The notes beneath the pieces were generated by a model. The model did no database searches. It was given only the letters and a program-made list of their open reading frames with translations, and was not told where the DNA came from. This document shows positions 9,342 to 18,468 of a stretch of DNA of 32,000 bases, one piece after another. A program made the translations under genes and the position numbers. The DNA is taken from contig JACAFS010000001.1 of assembly GCA_013378385.1 (NCBI GenBank), forward strand, positions 11,501-43,500. Reading direction: 5' to 3'. The stretch's first letter is position 1, and the number at the start of each line of letters is the position of its first letter. Source of the stretch: Nitrososphaerota archaeon. Lineage in GTDB: Archaea > Thermoproteota > Nitrososphaeria > Nitrososphaerales > UBA57.

Positions 9342-9383
9342 GATGTTATTTTCAGTGTTATTGAGAAACTTTAAGAATGGTTA

Positions 9384-10613
9384 TTGACTATTTTCAATAT
9401 CTTGGCCAATAAACTCATTCTCACTGAAGCAGGTATTATTATTATCAATGATAAATATGAAGTACTTCAAAGCCATAGATTTCAACCTGGTTCTGAAATT
9501 TCACTCTATTCAGAGACCAAACGAGGAATTATTGCCGCTAACATTAAAGAATTCCTTTTAAGTCAATCTGATTTATTATCTGATTCTTCTGAGGTAAATG
9601 ATCAATCATTACTAACAATCCTGCATAACCTCTATCCGAATGAAAATTTTATTTATAAAACAATTAATTCCTCAAACCTCTTCCCATTATTTGTTCAATC
9701 CGGTTTCTTTAATTCTGAAGAGGAAATCCGAAATTTTCTTCAGGAATTCTCTATTGAATACTCCAAACAACAAATTCGTGATGTTTCTGGAAAGGAAGAC
9801 TTGCAAATAATTGAAGGAATTAATTCTCTCGACGAACTTGATAAAGCTATTAACATTCTCATGGCTCGTATTAACGAATGGTATGGCCTACACTTTCCTG
9901 AACTCGAAAACCTACTCAAGGATAGTAATGTATATTTCAAATTTGTATCTCTTGGTCTAGACAGAACATCTATTACTGAAAAAGACCTAAGTTCTTTTAG
10001 TTTTTCTGAAAAAAAACTTGATGCTATCTTTAGTTCCGCTCAAAATTCGAAAGGTGGAAGCATTAACTCCAAAGACTTATCGATTATTTCTATCTTGTCG
10101 GAAAATATAATAAATCAAGTCAAGGTACGTGATAAAGTATTGAATTATATTAATAATTTAATGAATAATATTGCTCCTAATCTAAGTGCAATTGCAGGTC
10201 CTACTGTTGGCGCTCGTTTAATTGCAAAATCTGGTGGTTTGATGAAACTTGCTAGATTGCCGTCAAGTACAATCCAAGTTCTAGGTGCTGAAAAAGCCCT
10301 GTTTAGATCATTAAAAAGCGGAAGTCGACCTCCTAAACATGGAATCATTTTCCAACATGATATGGTACATTCTAGCCCTAAGCACCAGCGTGGAAAAATT
10401 GCACGTTCTTTGGCAAGTAAGATTGCTATTGCTGCACGAATTGATGCATTTCGTGGTACTAAGGAAATAGACATTGAAAATAGCCTTGACGAACGCTATC
10501 GTGAAATTCAGGAAAAATACGCTTCTCCTGTAGCAAATAGAAATAACTTTACAAAGAAAAAACATAAAAAACTTAGGCGAAGTATGAATGAAAAACGACG
10601 AAGATCTTCCTGA
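9384..10613 (+). CDS. nop5: C/D box sRNP core protein Nop5 (Nop56/58 homologue)
   Basis: Nop domain GPTVGARLIAKSGGLMKLARLPSSTIQVLGAEKALFRSLKSGSRPPKHGIIFQH, a central coiled-coil region, and a short basic C-terminal tail. Immediately upstream of, and overlapping, fibrillarin. TTG start is uncertain. Confidence 0.9.
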   Translation: MTIFNILANKLILTEAGIIIINDKYEVLQSHRFQPGSEISLYSETKRGIIAANIKEFLLSQSDLLSDSSEVNDQSLLTILHNLYPNENFIYKTINSSNLFPLFVQSGFFNSEEEIRNFLQEFSIEYSKQQIRDVSGKEDLQIIEGINSLDELDKAINILMARINEWYGLHFPELENLLKDSNVYFKFVSLGLDRTSITEKDLSSFSFSEKKLDAIFSSAQNSKGGSINSKDLSIISILSENIINQVKVRDKVLNYINNLMNNIAPNLSAIAGPTVGARLIAKSGGLMKLARLPSSTIQVLGAEKALFRSLKSGSRPPKHGIIFQHDMVHSSPKHQRGKIARSLASKIAIAARIDAFRGTKEIDIENSLDERYREIQEKYASPVANRNNFTKKKHKKLRRSMNEKRRRSS

Positions 10614-11271
10614 TAATGTAGATTGGATTGAAGTTGCAGGAAAAGAAAAACTTGCAACAAAAAACTATGTTCCAGGTAATAGTGTATATGGGGAGCATCT
10701 CCAAAAATCTTCTACCCATGAATTTCGTATCTGGGACCCATACCGCAGTAAACTAGCCGCTTGTATAATAAATGGTATGAAAAACATTCCCTTCACAAGT
10801 GGTTCAACAATCTTGTATCTGGGCTCTTCTACAGGAACTACTCCTTCACATGTTTCTGATATCGTTGGCAAAGATGGATTATTATTTTGTGTTGAAATTT
10901 CTTCTCGTGTAGCACGTGATTTTATTGATAACGTCGTATCTTTCCGTAATAATATAATTCCAATCATTGCCGACGCTCATAATATTGATAGCTATACTTC
11001 AATTTTTAGAAATATTGATAGCGTTTATTGTGATATATCTCAACCTGATCAAACTGATATTGCTATATCTAATTGTAAAGAATTTCTTTCAAGTGGTTCA
11101 AAGTTACTTCTTGTAATTAAATCACGCAGCATTGATACAACAAAGTCCCCAAAATCTATTTATGAACAAGAAATGACTAAATTAGAATCTAGTGGTTTTG
11201 ATATCGATCAAATGATTGACCTTCATCCTTTTGATAAAGATCATGCGTTAATAATGGCAACAATGCGATGA
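10588..11271 (+). CDS. flpA: Fibrillarin-like rRNA/tRNA 2'-O-methyltransferase
   Basis: EFRIWDPYRSKLAA, ILYLGSSTGTTPSHVSDIV (SAM-binding motif), DISQPDQ. Shows the classic nop5-flpA pairing with a 26-nt overlap. Confidence 0.92.
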   Translation: MKNDEDLPDNVDWIEVAGKEKLATKNYVPGNSVYGEHLQKSSTHEFRIWDPYRSKLAACIINGMKNIPFTSGSTILYLGSSTGTTPSHVSDIVGKDGLLFCVEISSRVARDFIDNVVSFRNNIIPIIADAHNIDSYTSIFRNIDSVYCDISQPDQTDIAISNCKEFLSSGSKLLLVIKSRSIDTTKSPKSIYEQEMTKLESSGFDIDQMIDLHPFDKDHALIMATMR

Positions 11272-11278
11272 TATACGA

Positions 11279-11983
11279 TCATAAATAATCTTCAATTTTT
11301 GGCTGTAAATCTATCCATGTTTTCCAAGATTTTCTTGTAAAATCCGGCATTTTTTTATTCTTCATAACCCATTCTCGTAAAAATATTCTAGTAATTGGAT
11401 CTGAAGGATAACCGCTACCTATAATTCCATGAATTCTTTCTAATTTTAGAATCTCATTGTCACGATTGAATTTTGCAATTATTCAAGCCGCTGCAACAAT
11501 TATATATCTCTCATCTGCTTTATGCCTAGAATATATCTTCATTCTCGTATCAATTCGATTAATTATTCTCTGTTTAAATCTCTCTGGATTGACATCACAT
11601 GAATCTACATAAATTGAATTTGATTTCAATTTATTCATCATCTTTGCAATTGAATTTGCTTCTAATTCATTTAGTCCAATTATCTTATTTCCCGGGTAAT
11701 AGTTCTTCTTTTTTGCAAATTCTTTTCTCAATCTTACTGCTTTATCAATTTTCTTTTCGGATAACCTAGTTATTGAAACATGTTGTGATTCCTCCATGAT
11801 AATTTTTGAAAGAATTTCTCTATTCTTTGGCGTGACTTTTTTTGAATCTTTTACACCAAGTTTTGAAAATTTTCTAATTATTTTTTTATCTGCGGTAACA
11901 CACGCTATTACTAACGGACCAATAATAGATCCCCTTCCTGCCTCGTCTACTCCTGATACCAGTTTATTATTCAAATTCTTCAA
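11279..11983 (-). pseudogene. rnhB: Ribonuclease HII interrupted by a single in-frame TGA (11483..11485) at the conserved Ser of the AAASIIAK motif. Either a recent nonsense mutation, a read error or a readthrough site.
   Basis: Upstream part (the track ORF 11483..11983) reads GVDEAGRGSIIGPLVIA ... RHKADERYIIVAAA, then TGA. The same frame continues without further stops for 67 codons (IIAKFNRDNEILKLERIHGIIGSGYPSDPITRIFLREW...EDYL) to TGA at 11279..11281. GSGYPSD and the IAK motif are canonical RNase HII. Confidence 0.8.
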
Positions 11984-12509
11984 TTATACTTTTGTATATA
12001 CTATCAATCACTTCAACTTTGTGTTTATCATTTAAATCATGAAGTTCTAAATTTGCTGATTTTTTTATTTCTTGAATAATTGGATGATTAAATTTTGTTT
12101 GTATTGCACATAGTATCTTCTTATCTTCATTTAATAATGACTGAAGCACATCACAAAATTTATTACTAAAAAGCTCCATTGGCCCTATCATATCTATTAT
12201 TATTAATTCTGCTTTTGTTGATGATTGATGTAATTCATCAATGATCAAGTTGTCAATGTTGTCTATATTTATCCTAAATTTCTGTAATCTTGGACCTGTT
12301 TTTTTATCTACATCTGCTAATTCAAAAGTAATACCTGTTGAAATATTCATAATTTCTATTCCAGTCCTCTTTCCGTATTTTCGTATATCTCTTGTCAATA
12401 TGCCTCCCATAGAAATATTATCCGATGACAATCTATAGTGTAATGTATTGATTACTTTGGTCTTTCCTGTACCAGTTCTTCCTGTTACTCCCCATACCTT
12501 CGAATTCAT
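11967..12509 (-). CDS. THEP1-type nucleoside-triphosphatase (NTPase_1 family P-loop protein)
   Basis: Walker A GVTGRTGTGKTKV, and Walker B plus family motif LIIIDMIGPMELFS (compare DEIGKMELFS). 180 aa. 17-nt overlap with the rnhB start. Confidence 0.75.
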   Translation of the reverse strand: MNSKVWGVTGRTGTGKTKVINTLHYRLSSDNISMGGILTRDIRKYGKRTGIEIMNISTGITFELADVDKKTGPRLQKFRINIDNIDNLIIDELHQSSTKAELIIIDMIGPMELFSNKFCDVLQSLLNEDKKILCAIQTKFNHPIIQEIKKSANLELHDLNDKHKVEVIDSIYKSIIEEFE

Positions 12510-12538
12510 CTAATTATTCCCTGTTTTCTATAGATATC

Positions 12539-12552
12539 CGATAATTTATATA
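12539..12552 (+). promoter_or_regulatory. BRE/TATA-like element CGATAATTTATATA upstream of the coiled-coil protein gene
   Basis: A purine-rich CGATAA is followed by TTTATATA (12545..12552), close to the archaeal BRE+TATA consensus, ~50 nt upstream of the TTG at 12599. Confidence 0.3.
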
Positions 12553-12598
12553 AAATATCCATAAATTATTTATTTGGCAATTATATCCAAATGATTAC

Positions 12599-13507
12599 TT
12601 GTCAGAATTAGAATCTACGAACGTCGACGAAATTACCACTAAAATCAAGGATTTACTGGATTCCAGGAAAAATCTTGTGACTCAACTCAAATCCCTGAAT
12701 AAAAAAAGACTCGATATGCGTGATGAAATTAATACTATTACTTCTCAATTGGGAGAAGATCAGGCAGTTTTAGAACCACTATATGGCGAGGTGGGCACTT
12801 ATCGTAAAGAAAGACAAGGATTACTAAATGAAAAGAAACAAATTTGGACACAAATTAATGATACTAATGATGGCATTAAACAGAATGATTCTTTAAGTAA
12901 AGACCAAAACTCAAAACCCGATCGTAAATTTAATAAAAAAGAAAATTCCAAAAATATATCAAAACGAATAAAAGAAATTGAATGGAAACTTCAAACTGCA
13001 CAATTAACACGACAAGAAGAAAAACAGCTTATTGACAGTATTAAAACACTACAAAAAAAATATAACGTTTGGAAAAAATCTGCCACCGCTCGTAAAGAAT
13101 TATCTACATTATTTAAAAAAATTAAAACAATAGGAACTAATATAGACACAATTGACAAATCTCGAGAAAATATAAAAACATCTCTTGATGAAAAAAAGTC
13201 AGTCTTTGATACAAAGTTTAAACAACGTGAACAGCTATTCAATGAAATGAACGGTTTTAACGATGATATTAGAGAGTTAGAAACTACACTCAAAGCCAAT
13301 TCTAAAGAATTACAGTTATTGAAAACTCAACGAACTGAAATTTTCAAATCAATTAAATCTGTTAGCAAGTCTGAAATTCTTAAGAAAAAGAAAGTTATTC
13401 TTGAGAAAGAAAAATCCAAGGCTAAAGAAAAACTTGAATCTGGACAGTCCCTTTCATTTGATGAATTAAGATTAGCTTACGATGATGATGATGAGTACCT
13501 CTCGTAA
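12599..13507 (+). CDS. Lys/Glu-rich coiled-coil protein (archaeal uncharacterised coiled-coil family, COG1340-like)
   Basis: Heptad-like K/E/L/Q-rich sequence throughout and an acidic C-terminus DDDDEYLS. TTG start is uncertain. The family call rests on composition and architecture only. Confidence 0.55.
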   Translation: MSELESTNVDEITTKIKDLLDSRKNLVTQLKSLNKKRLDMRDEINTITSQLGEDQAVLEPLYGEVGTYRKERQGLLNEKKQIWTQINDTNDGIKQNDSLSKDQNSKPDRKFNKKENSKNISKRIKEIEWKLQTAQLTRQEEKQLIDSIKTLQKKYNVWKKSATARKELSTLFKKIKTIGTNIDTIDKSRENIKTSLDEKKSVFDTKFKQREQLFNEMNGFNDDIRELETTLKANSKELQLLKTQRTEIFKSIKSVSKSEILKKKKVILEKEKSKAKEKLESGQSLSFDELRLAYDDDDEYLS

Positions 13508-14654
13508 GAAAAGAACTTCTATTTCTAGAAGAAAAAAACAATCATCAAAACACACTCCTATTCTTATCATATGCATTGATAGAGATGACGATTTAGGTGA
13601 GAAAACTAATCTTAAATCTCCCATTATTGGCTCCAAAAACTGTGAAAATGCTGGAATGAAACTTGCTATTAGTGATCCTGAAGAAGCAGACGCTAATGCT
13701 ATTTTCGCCGCTGTTAAAACCTATAACGAATTATCGCGCACTGGACGTAAATGCGAAGTTGCGATTGTTACTGGTAATCATTCCGGTGGGTTCCAATCAG
13801 ATGAAAAAATGCGTAAACAAATTCAATCAATTGTAAATAAAACAAAGATAGTTGATGCAATTCTTGTATCAGATGATTCTGACGAATCAAGTATTATACC
13901 ATTAGTTCAAGATATAATTTCAATTAACTCAATTCAAAGAATTGTTATCAAACATAGTGGAGCACTTGAAGAAACATACGCTGTTCTCGGCAGATATCTA
14001 AAAATGTTAATTTTTGATCAACGATATTCAAAATTTGCATTAGGTATACCCGGTTTATTATTTCTCTCTTGGGCATTTCTTGCATTATTCAATCTTCTTG
14101 AACAAGCTATCACTGTAACTCTGGCAATTCTTGGTATGGCTTTTGTCATTCGTGGTTTTGATTTAGATAGACTCACTAGATCTTTACCTAAATTAGAACT
14201 TACGTCTTATGTCCGATTATTCTCGTCTGTAGCAGGTTCCCTTGTATTAATTATTGGTACTTTCTTAGGAGCTTCTAGTATCTCACAATCAATTTCCATC
14301 AATGAAGCATTTTCTAGCCCCTCGAATCTTCTTTCATCAGCACCAGAATTAATTGGCGTCTTTGCCGTTGAATCTCTACTTCTTTTATGGATTGGCCTTG
14401 GATTATTTATTGCAGGCGATTTACTATCTAATTGGATTATTAATAAAAAACGACGTGTTATTCGCGGTGTAATACTGTTACTTACATTGGTTTTCCTGTT
14501 CTTACCGATTCAACAATTTGCAAAACTTCTTATTGGTATGGGTGATACATTTACTTTCATTGCATCCCTTATTTTCGGACTTGCTGGATCTTTTATCAGC
14601 GTAATATTTCTCTATCAAAGATACATTCGCTTACCTAGATCACGACGCAAGTAG
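13482..14654 (+). CDS. Archaeal integral membrane protein, DUF373-like
   Basis: Soluble N-terminal domain ILIICIDRDDDLGEKT...PIIGSKN...DPEEADANAIFAAV, followed by ~6 hydrophobic helices. Four tandem ATGs at the start. Overlaps the upstream gene by 26 nt. Confidence 0.65.
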   Translation: MMMMSTSRKKRTSISRRKKQSSKHTPILIICIDRDDDLGEKTNLKSPIIGSKNCENAGMKLAISDPEEADANAIFAAVKTYNELSRTGRKCEVAIVTGNHSGGFQSDEKMRKQIQSIVNKTKIVDAILVSDDSDESSIIPLVQDIISINSIQRIVIKHSGALEETYAVLGRYLKMLIFDQRYSKFALGIPGLLFLSWAFLALFNLLEQAITVTLAILGMAFVIRGFDLDRLTRSLPKLELTSYVRLFSSVAGSLVLIIGTFLGASSISQSISINEAFSSPSNLLSSAPELIGVFAVESLLLLWIGLGLFIAGDLLSNWIINKKRRVIRGVILLLTLVFLFLPIQQFAKLLIGMGDTFTFIASLIFGLAGSFISVIFLYQRYIRLPRSRRK

Positions 14655-14666
14655 GCAAGATTACTC

Positions 14667-15449
14667 TTGTTTATTAATCTCTTACGTTATGTAGGCGTCT
14701 ACAGGTTTTATGAAAATTATCTAAAAAATCAAATTAGTAAATCAAATCCTCCTGTTCATATTGCATTGATTTTAGATGGTAATAGACGATGGGCTAAATC
14801 TAAATTCATTCCTGAGTGGATGGGACATTTTGCAGGTGCAAACATTGTGGATGATTTATTAGATTGGTGTGTAGAATTAGATGTTAAAATAATTACTCTA
14901 TATGCTTTATCTGCTGAGAATCTAACTCGTCCACAACCTGAAGTAGATAGACTGTTTGAAATCATATCATCTAAATTGTCTGAATTGCTGAACGAACCAA
15001 AAATTGATCAATATCGCGTTCATGTTAAAGGATTGGGTGATTCATCACTTCTTCCAACTGAAATACAAGAAAAAATTAAGGAGATAGAAATCAAAACTCA
15101 AGATTACGACGGCCTATTCTTTAATTTAGCTCTTGCATACGGCGGTAGATCAGAGATATTAGAAGCTGTAAAGAATGTCGCAACTGAAGTGATAGATGGT
15201 TCTATTGAAATTGATAATATTACAAACGAAATGGTCGAAAATCATTTATCTACATCGCATCTCTCATCCCCAGAACCTGATTTAGTTATTAGAACTTCCG
15301 GAGAAGAACGTCTAAGCGGATTTCTTCTATGGCAAAGCGCCTATAGTGAATTGGTTTTTCTTGATGTTTATTGGCCTGACTTCCGAAAAATTGATTTAAT
15401 GCGAGCTATAAGAACATACCAAAATAGAAATAGGAGATATGGTGAATAA
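14667..15449 (+). CDS. uppS: cis-Prenyltransferase, undecaprenyl-diphosphate synthase family
   Basis: HIALILDGNRRWA, ITLYALSAENLTRP, IRTSGEERLSGFLLWQSAYSELVF. TTG start. Confidence 0.9.
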   Translation: MFINLLRYVGVYRFYENYLKNQISKSNPPVHIALILDGNRRWAKSKFIPEWMGHFAGANIVDDLLDWCVELDVKIITLYALSAENLTRPQPEVDRLFEIISSKLSELLNEPKIDQYRVHVKGLGDSSLLPTEIQEKIKEIEIKTQDYDGLFFNLALAYGGRSEILEAVKNVATEVIDGSIEIDNITNEMVENHLSTSHLSSPEPDLVIRTSGEERLSGFLLWQSAYSELVFLDVYWPDFRKIDLMRAIRTYQNRNRRYGE

Positions 15450-15463
15450 GGTGTGAGTATAAG

Positions 15464-16468
15464 ATGACAGTAACCGTTGCAGTTGGTGGATTTTATGGAG
15501 ATGAAGGTAAGGGTAAAATTGTAGCCTTTCTTTCGCTTAAAGACTCTCATTCTCTTGCAGTTCGCGGTGGCGTAGGACCAAATGCTGGTCATACTGTTAA
15601 CTTCGGCGATCAAGTTCTAAAATTAAGAATGCTTCCTAGTGCAGTTGTAAACAAATCTACTAAATTATTAATCGGCCCTGGCGTACTTGTAAACCCTGAT
15701 GTAACACTTAACGAAGCTACAAAATACGATGCATTAAATCGACTTGTTGTTGATAAAAGCTGTGCAATTATTGAAAAAAAACATATTGAATCTGATAAAT
15801 CTGGTTTTCTTGCTTCAAAAGTAGGAAGTACTGGCAGTGGTACTGGCCCTGCAAATTCAGATAGAATAATGAGAATTGCTAAATTAGCTAAAGACATCGA
15901 TGTATTCCAAAATTATATAGACGATGTTCCAGATATTGTAAATTCTACTATTGATTCAGGTAATGACGTTCTTGTTGAGGGAACTCAGGGTACATTTCTA
16001 TCCCTGTATTTTGGCAATTACCCTTTTGTAACTTCTAAGGATGTTACTGCATCCGCTATATGTTCTGACGTAGGCCTTGGACCAAAAAAAGTCGATGATG
16101 TTATTGTCATATTCAAAGCCTTTGTAACTCGGGTTGGCGAAGGCCCATTTACTGGTGAACTATCTCCTGAAGAGACAGAAAATCGAGGATGGGCTGAAAT
16201 AGGCACGGTCACTGGTAGAACTAGGCGTGCTGCTCCATTTGATTTCACTTTAGCAAAAAAGGCTATTATGCTAAATTCTGCTTCTAGTATTGCAATTACT
16301 AAACTTGATGTTCTTTACCCTTCTGCTCGTGGAGTAACAAAATACGAAGAATTAGATTCTCCTTCAAAGTCATTTATTGAAAATATCGAAAATGAACTAA
16401 AAATTAATGTTAGTCTTATTGGTACTGGTCCTGAAGTTTATGAAACGATCGATAGAAGGGTGAAATAA
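15464..16468 (+). CDS. purA: Adenylosuccinate synthetase (short archaeal type)
   Basis: GGFYGDEGKGKIV (P-loop GDEGKGK), GGVGPNAGHTV, GSTGSGTGPA, GTVTGRTRR. 334 aa. Confidence 0.9.
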   Translation: MTVTVAVGGFYGDEGKGKIVAFLSLKDSHSLAVRGGVGPNAGHTVNFGDQVLKLRMLPSAVVNKSTKLLIGPGVLVNPDVTLNEATKYDALNRLVVDKSCAIIEKKHIESDKSGFLASKVGSTGSGTGPANSDRIMRIAKLAKDIDVFQNYIDDVPDIVNSTIDSGNDVLVEGTQGTFLSLYFGNYPFVTSKDVTASAICSDVGLGPKKVDDVIVIFKAFVTRVGEGPFTGELSPEETENRGWAEIGTVTGRTRRAAPFDFTLAKKAIMLNSASSIAITKLDVLYPSARGVTKYEELDSPSKSFIENIENELKINVSLIGTGPEVYETIDRRVK

Positions 16469-16487
16469 TTTATCATTCTCTAATAAG

Positions 16488-17219
16488 TTGAAAAAGATCT
16501 CAGAGATAAATCAAAGTCGCGTTATATTGTCATTAGATTTAACTTGTCCTCCTGAACAAATTCTTAAGAAATCAATTTCTTTAATCAAATCTACATCAAA
16601 TGATATATGCGCTGTTAAAATTAATCATCATTTATTGTTGCCCTTATCTCTAAACGACCTCAAAAGACTTTTATCGGTCATTCATAATAATAATCTACTT
16701 GCTATTGCAGATTTAAAATTAAATGATATCTCTGCTACAAATCTTATCGTAATTAAACATCTATGGAAAATGGGGTTTGACGCAATTATTGTTAATCCTT
16801 TTGTAGGATATTCTGAAGGATTAGATTCTCTATTGGAGAAATCTAAATCCAAGAATAAAGGAGTATTGTTTTTAGTTTATATGAGCCATGCAGGTGCTAA
16901 AGATGGTTATGGACTTGATATCCTGAAACAAGGTAAAAAAAAGAAATTATATACTGAATTTATAGAACGTGCTAAACTATGGCATGCCGACGGAATCATT
17001 GTGGGAGCCACTAAACCTAAACTTATTAAAGAAATCTCAAGTCTTACTCATAACAATTTGGATATCTACACACCTGGTATTGGCGCACAAGGTGGCGATG
17101 TGTCTAAATCAGTCAAATCCGGCGCTGATTATATAATTGTTGGACGTTCAATATTGAATTCTAGAAATCCTTCTCTCACTACTTCACGTATTCGGATTAA
17201 TTCTTGGCTAAATTCTTAA
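16488..17219 (+). CDS. pyrF: Orotidine 5'-phosphate decarboxylase
   Basis: ILSLDL, AVKINHHLL, ADLKLNDI (catalytic D.K..D), YTPGIGAQGGD, IIVGRSI. TTG start. Confidence 0.85.
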   Translation: MKKISEINQSRVILSLDLTCPPEQILKKSISLIKSTSNDICAVKINHHLLLPLSLNDLKRLLSVIHNNNLLAIADLKLNDISATNLIVIKHLWKMGFDAIIVNPFVGYSEGLDSLLEKSKSKNKGVLFLVYMSHAGAKDGYGLDILKQGKKKKLYTEFIERAKLWHADGIIVGATKPKLIKEISSLTHNNLDIYTPGIGAQGGDVSKSVKSGADYIIVGRSILNSRNPSLTTSRIRINSWLNS

Positions 17220-17619
17220 TTAATTGACTTCCTTTCCTTAGTATATCTTTTGAATTATCAAAAGTAATCAATTTTAACACGTTATCATAGTCTTCCCATT
17301 TATAATCTAAGTGCTCAGATGATATTTTTACATCCTTTTGTTCTGTTTCAGCTAAGTAGTAAGACACAATTTTATGTACTCTTTTTGTTTTTTTATAATA
17401 ATGATATTCCACTTTTTCATTAAATCCTTTATGAAGTGTAATGCTGTTTATTCCAGTCTCTTCGAATAATTCTCGTTTCACTGTTTCTTCTTCTTTTTCT
17501 CCTTGTTCAATATTGCCTTTTACAAAATCCCAATGCCCAGATGGATATTTTAAGACGAGAAACTGAAGTTCTTCTGCCCTATTAAATAAAATTACTCCGG
17601 CTGACCTTTCTTCTAACAT
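17197..17619 (-). CDS. Nudix hydrolase
   Basis: Complete Nudix box GHWDFVKGNIEQGEKEEETVKRELFEETGI (Gx5Ex7REx2EExG). Its 3' end overlaps the convergent pyrF by 23 nt. Confidence 0.85.
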   Translation of the reverse strand: MLEERSAGVILFNRAEELQFLVLKYPSGHWDFVKGNIEQGEKEEETVKRELFEETGINSITLHKGFNEKVEYHYYKKTKRVHKIVSYYLAETEQKDVKISSEHLDYKWEDYDNVLKLITFDNSKDILRKGSQLIKNLAKN

Positions 17620-17625
17620 CAGGTA

Positions 17626-18429
17626 TCATTTATGATAATCCATTTCATTCAATATATTATTTCCTAATATTTCCGTGCACGCTGTAACGTATGATGCCCC
17701 TTCTTTGGATAATATATTGAAATCATTTTGTTCATTGAGGAATTCTATGAATATTCCTGAACACTTCCCAATATACATTGCAGGTAGACAATCAAACGTT
17801 CTCAACTGTTTTGAAGGTGCAATAAAAGCATCTATCTTACCTGCTGCCACGAATACGTTCTCTATTATTGCAGAACCTAGTATTCTCTGCGCCTTAGTTT
17901 TTTCAAATATTTTCTGCATATGTTCATAAGATTTCCTTGCATTTCCTGATCTTATATTCAAATCTACAGCAATTACTGCTTCATTTAGTTTTTCTATGTT
18001 GTTTGGTTTTATTGTTGAATCATTGACTGTTGCTTTTTGCAGCTCACCCAAATACAAATCTCCTTGAATTATATCTATTACTCCTGATGCAATTATATCT
18101 GAAAATTTTTCTCCTTTCGCAATTGCAATAGTTGAACTAAAAAATGGAATCTGCCTTACCGAATTTAAACTTCCATCTAACGGATCAATTAATACGAATA
18201 TGTTGTTATTTCCTTCAATTATTCCTGTTTCTTCTGATACAATTGTCGCTCCTGGTATGTCCTTCTTAATTTCTTTTAGTATAGTTTTTTCTGCCAATAC
18301 ATCAATTTCATATTGCATATCCCCAAATGCATTTTTATCTAATTCACTATGATTTCCTTTAAAGTATCTATCTTTAATCGTATTTTGTGCTTTTATTAGT
18401 GTCTTTTCTATAATTTCCGAATAATTCAA
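17626..18429 (-). CDS. suhB: Inositol monophosphatase / fructose-1,6-bisphosphatase family protein
   Basis: IVSEETG, VLIDPLDGSLN (DPxDG[ST] metal motif), FDCLPAMYI (WD..A-like). Divergent from the inositol-1-phosphate synthase gene. TTG start. Confidence 0.85.
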   Translation of the reverse strand: MNYSEIIEKTLIKAQNTIKDRYFKGNHSELDKNAFGDMQYEIDVLAEKTILKEIKKDIPGATIVSEETGIIEGNNNIFVLIDPLDGSLNSVRQIPFFSSTIAIAKGEKFSDIIASGVIDIIQGDLYLGELQKATVNDSTIKPNNIEKLNEAVIAVDLNIRSGNARKSYEHMQKIFEKTKAQRILGSAIIENVFVAAGKIDAFIAPSKQLRTFDCLPAMYIGKCSGIFIEFLNEQNDFNILSKEGASYVTACTEILGNNILNEMDYHK

Positions 18430-18468
18430 TTATATATTCATTGTTCAAAGAATCTTAAAAGCTTAATA

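Noticed and set aside
10540-10613. Basic K/R-rich tail of Nop5 as a eukaryote-like KKE/D extension
   Set aside because: The tail is short (~25 aa), and as far as I recall basic tails occur in other archaeal Nop5 proteins, so it is not distinctive.
11483-11485. Genome-wide reassignment of TGA to a sense codon, or selenocysteine, as the explanation for the rnhB stop
   Set aside because: TGA terminates flpA, lysY, lysZ and lysJ at the expected protein ends in this same window, so it functions as a stop here. I saw no hairpin resembling a SECIS element nearby, and the position normally holds a non-catalytic Ser.
13481-13560. Possible C/D box sRNA seeded by TGATGA motifs here, and at ~3068, ~3175 (minus strand) and ~25876
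   Set aside because: None has a properly spaced CTGA D box with terminal complementarity. All lie inside coding sequence, where GAT/GAA/ATG codons generate TGATGA by chance.
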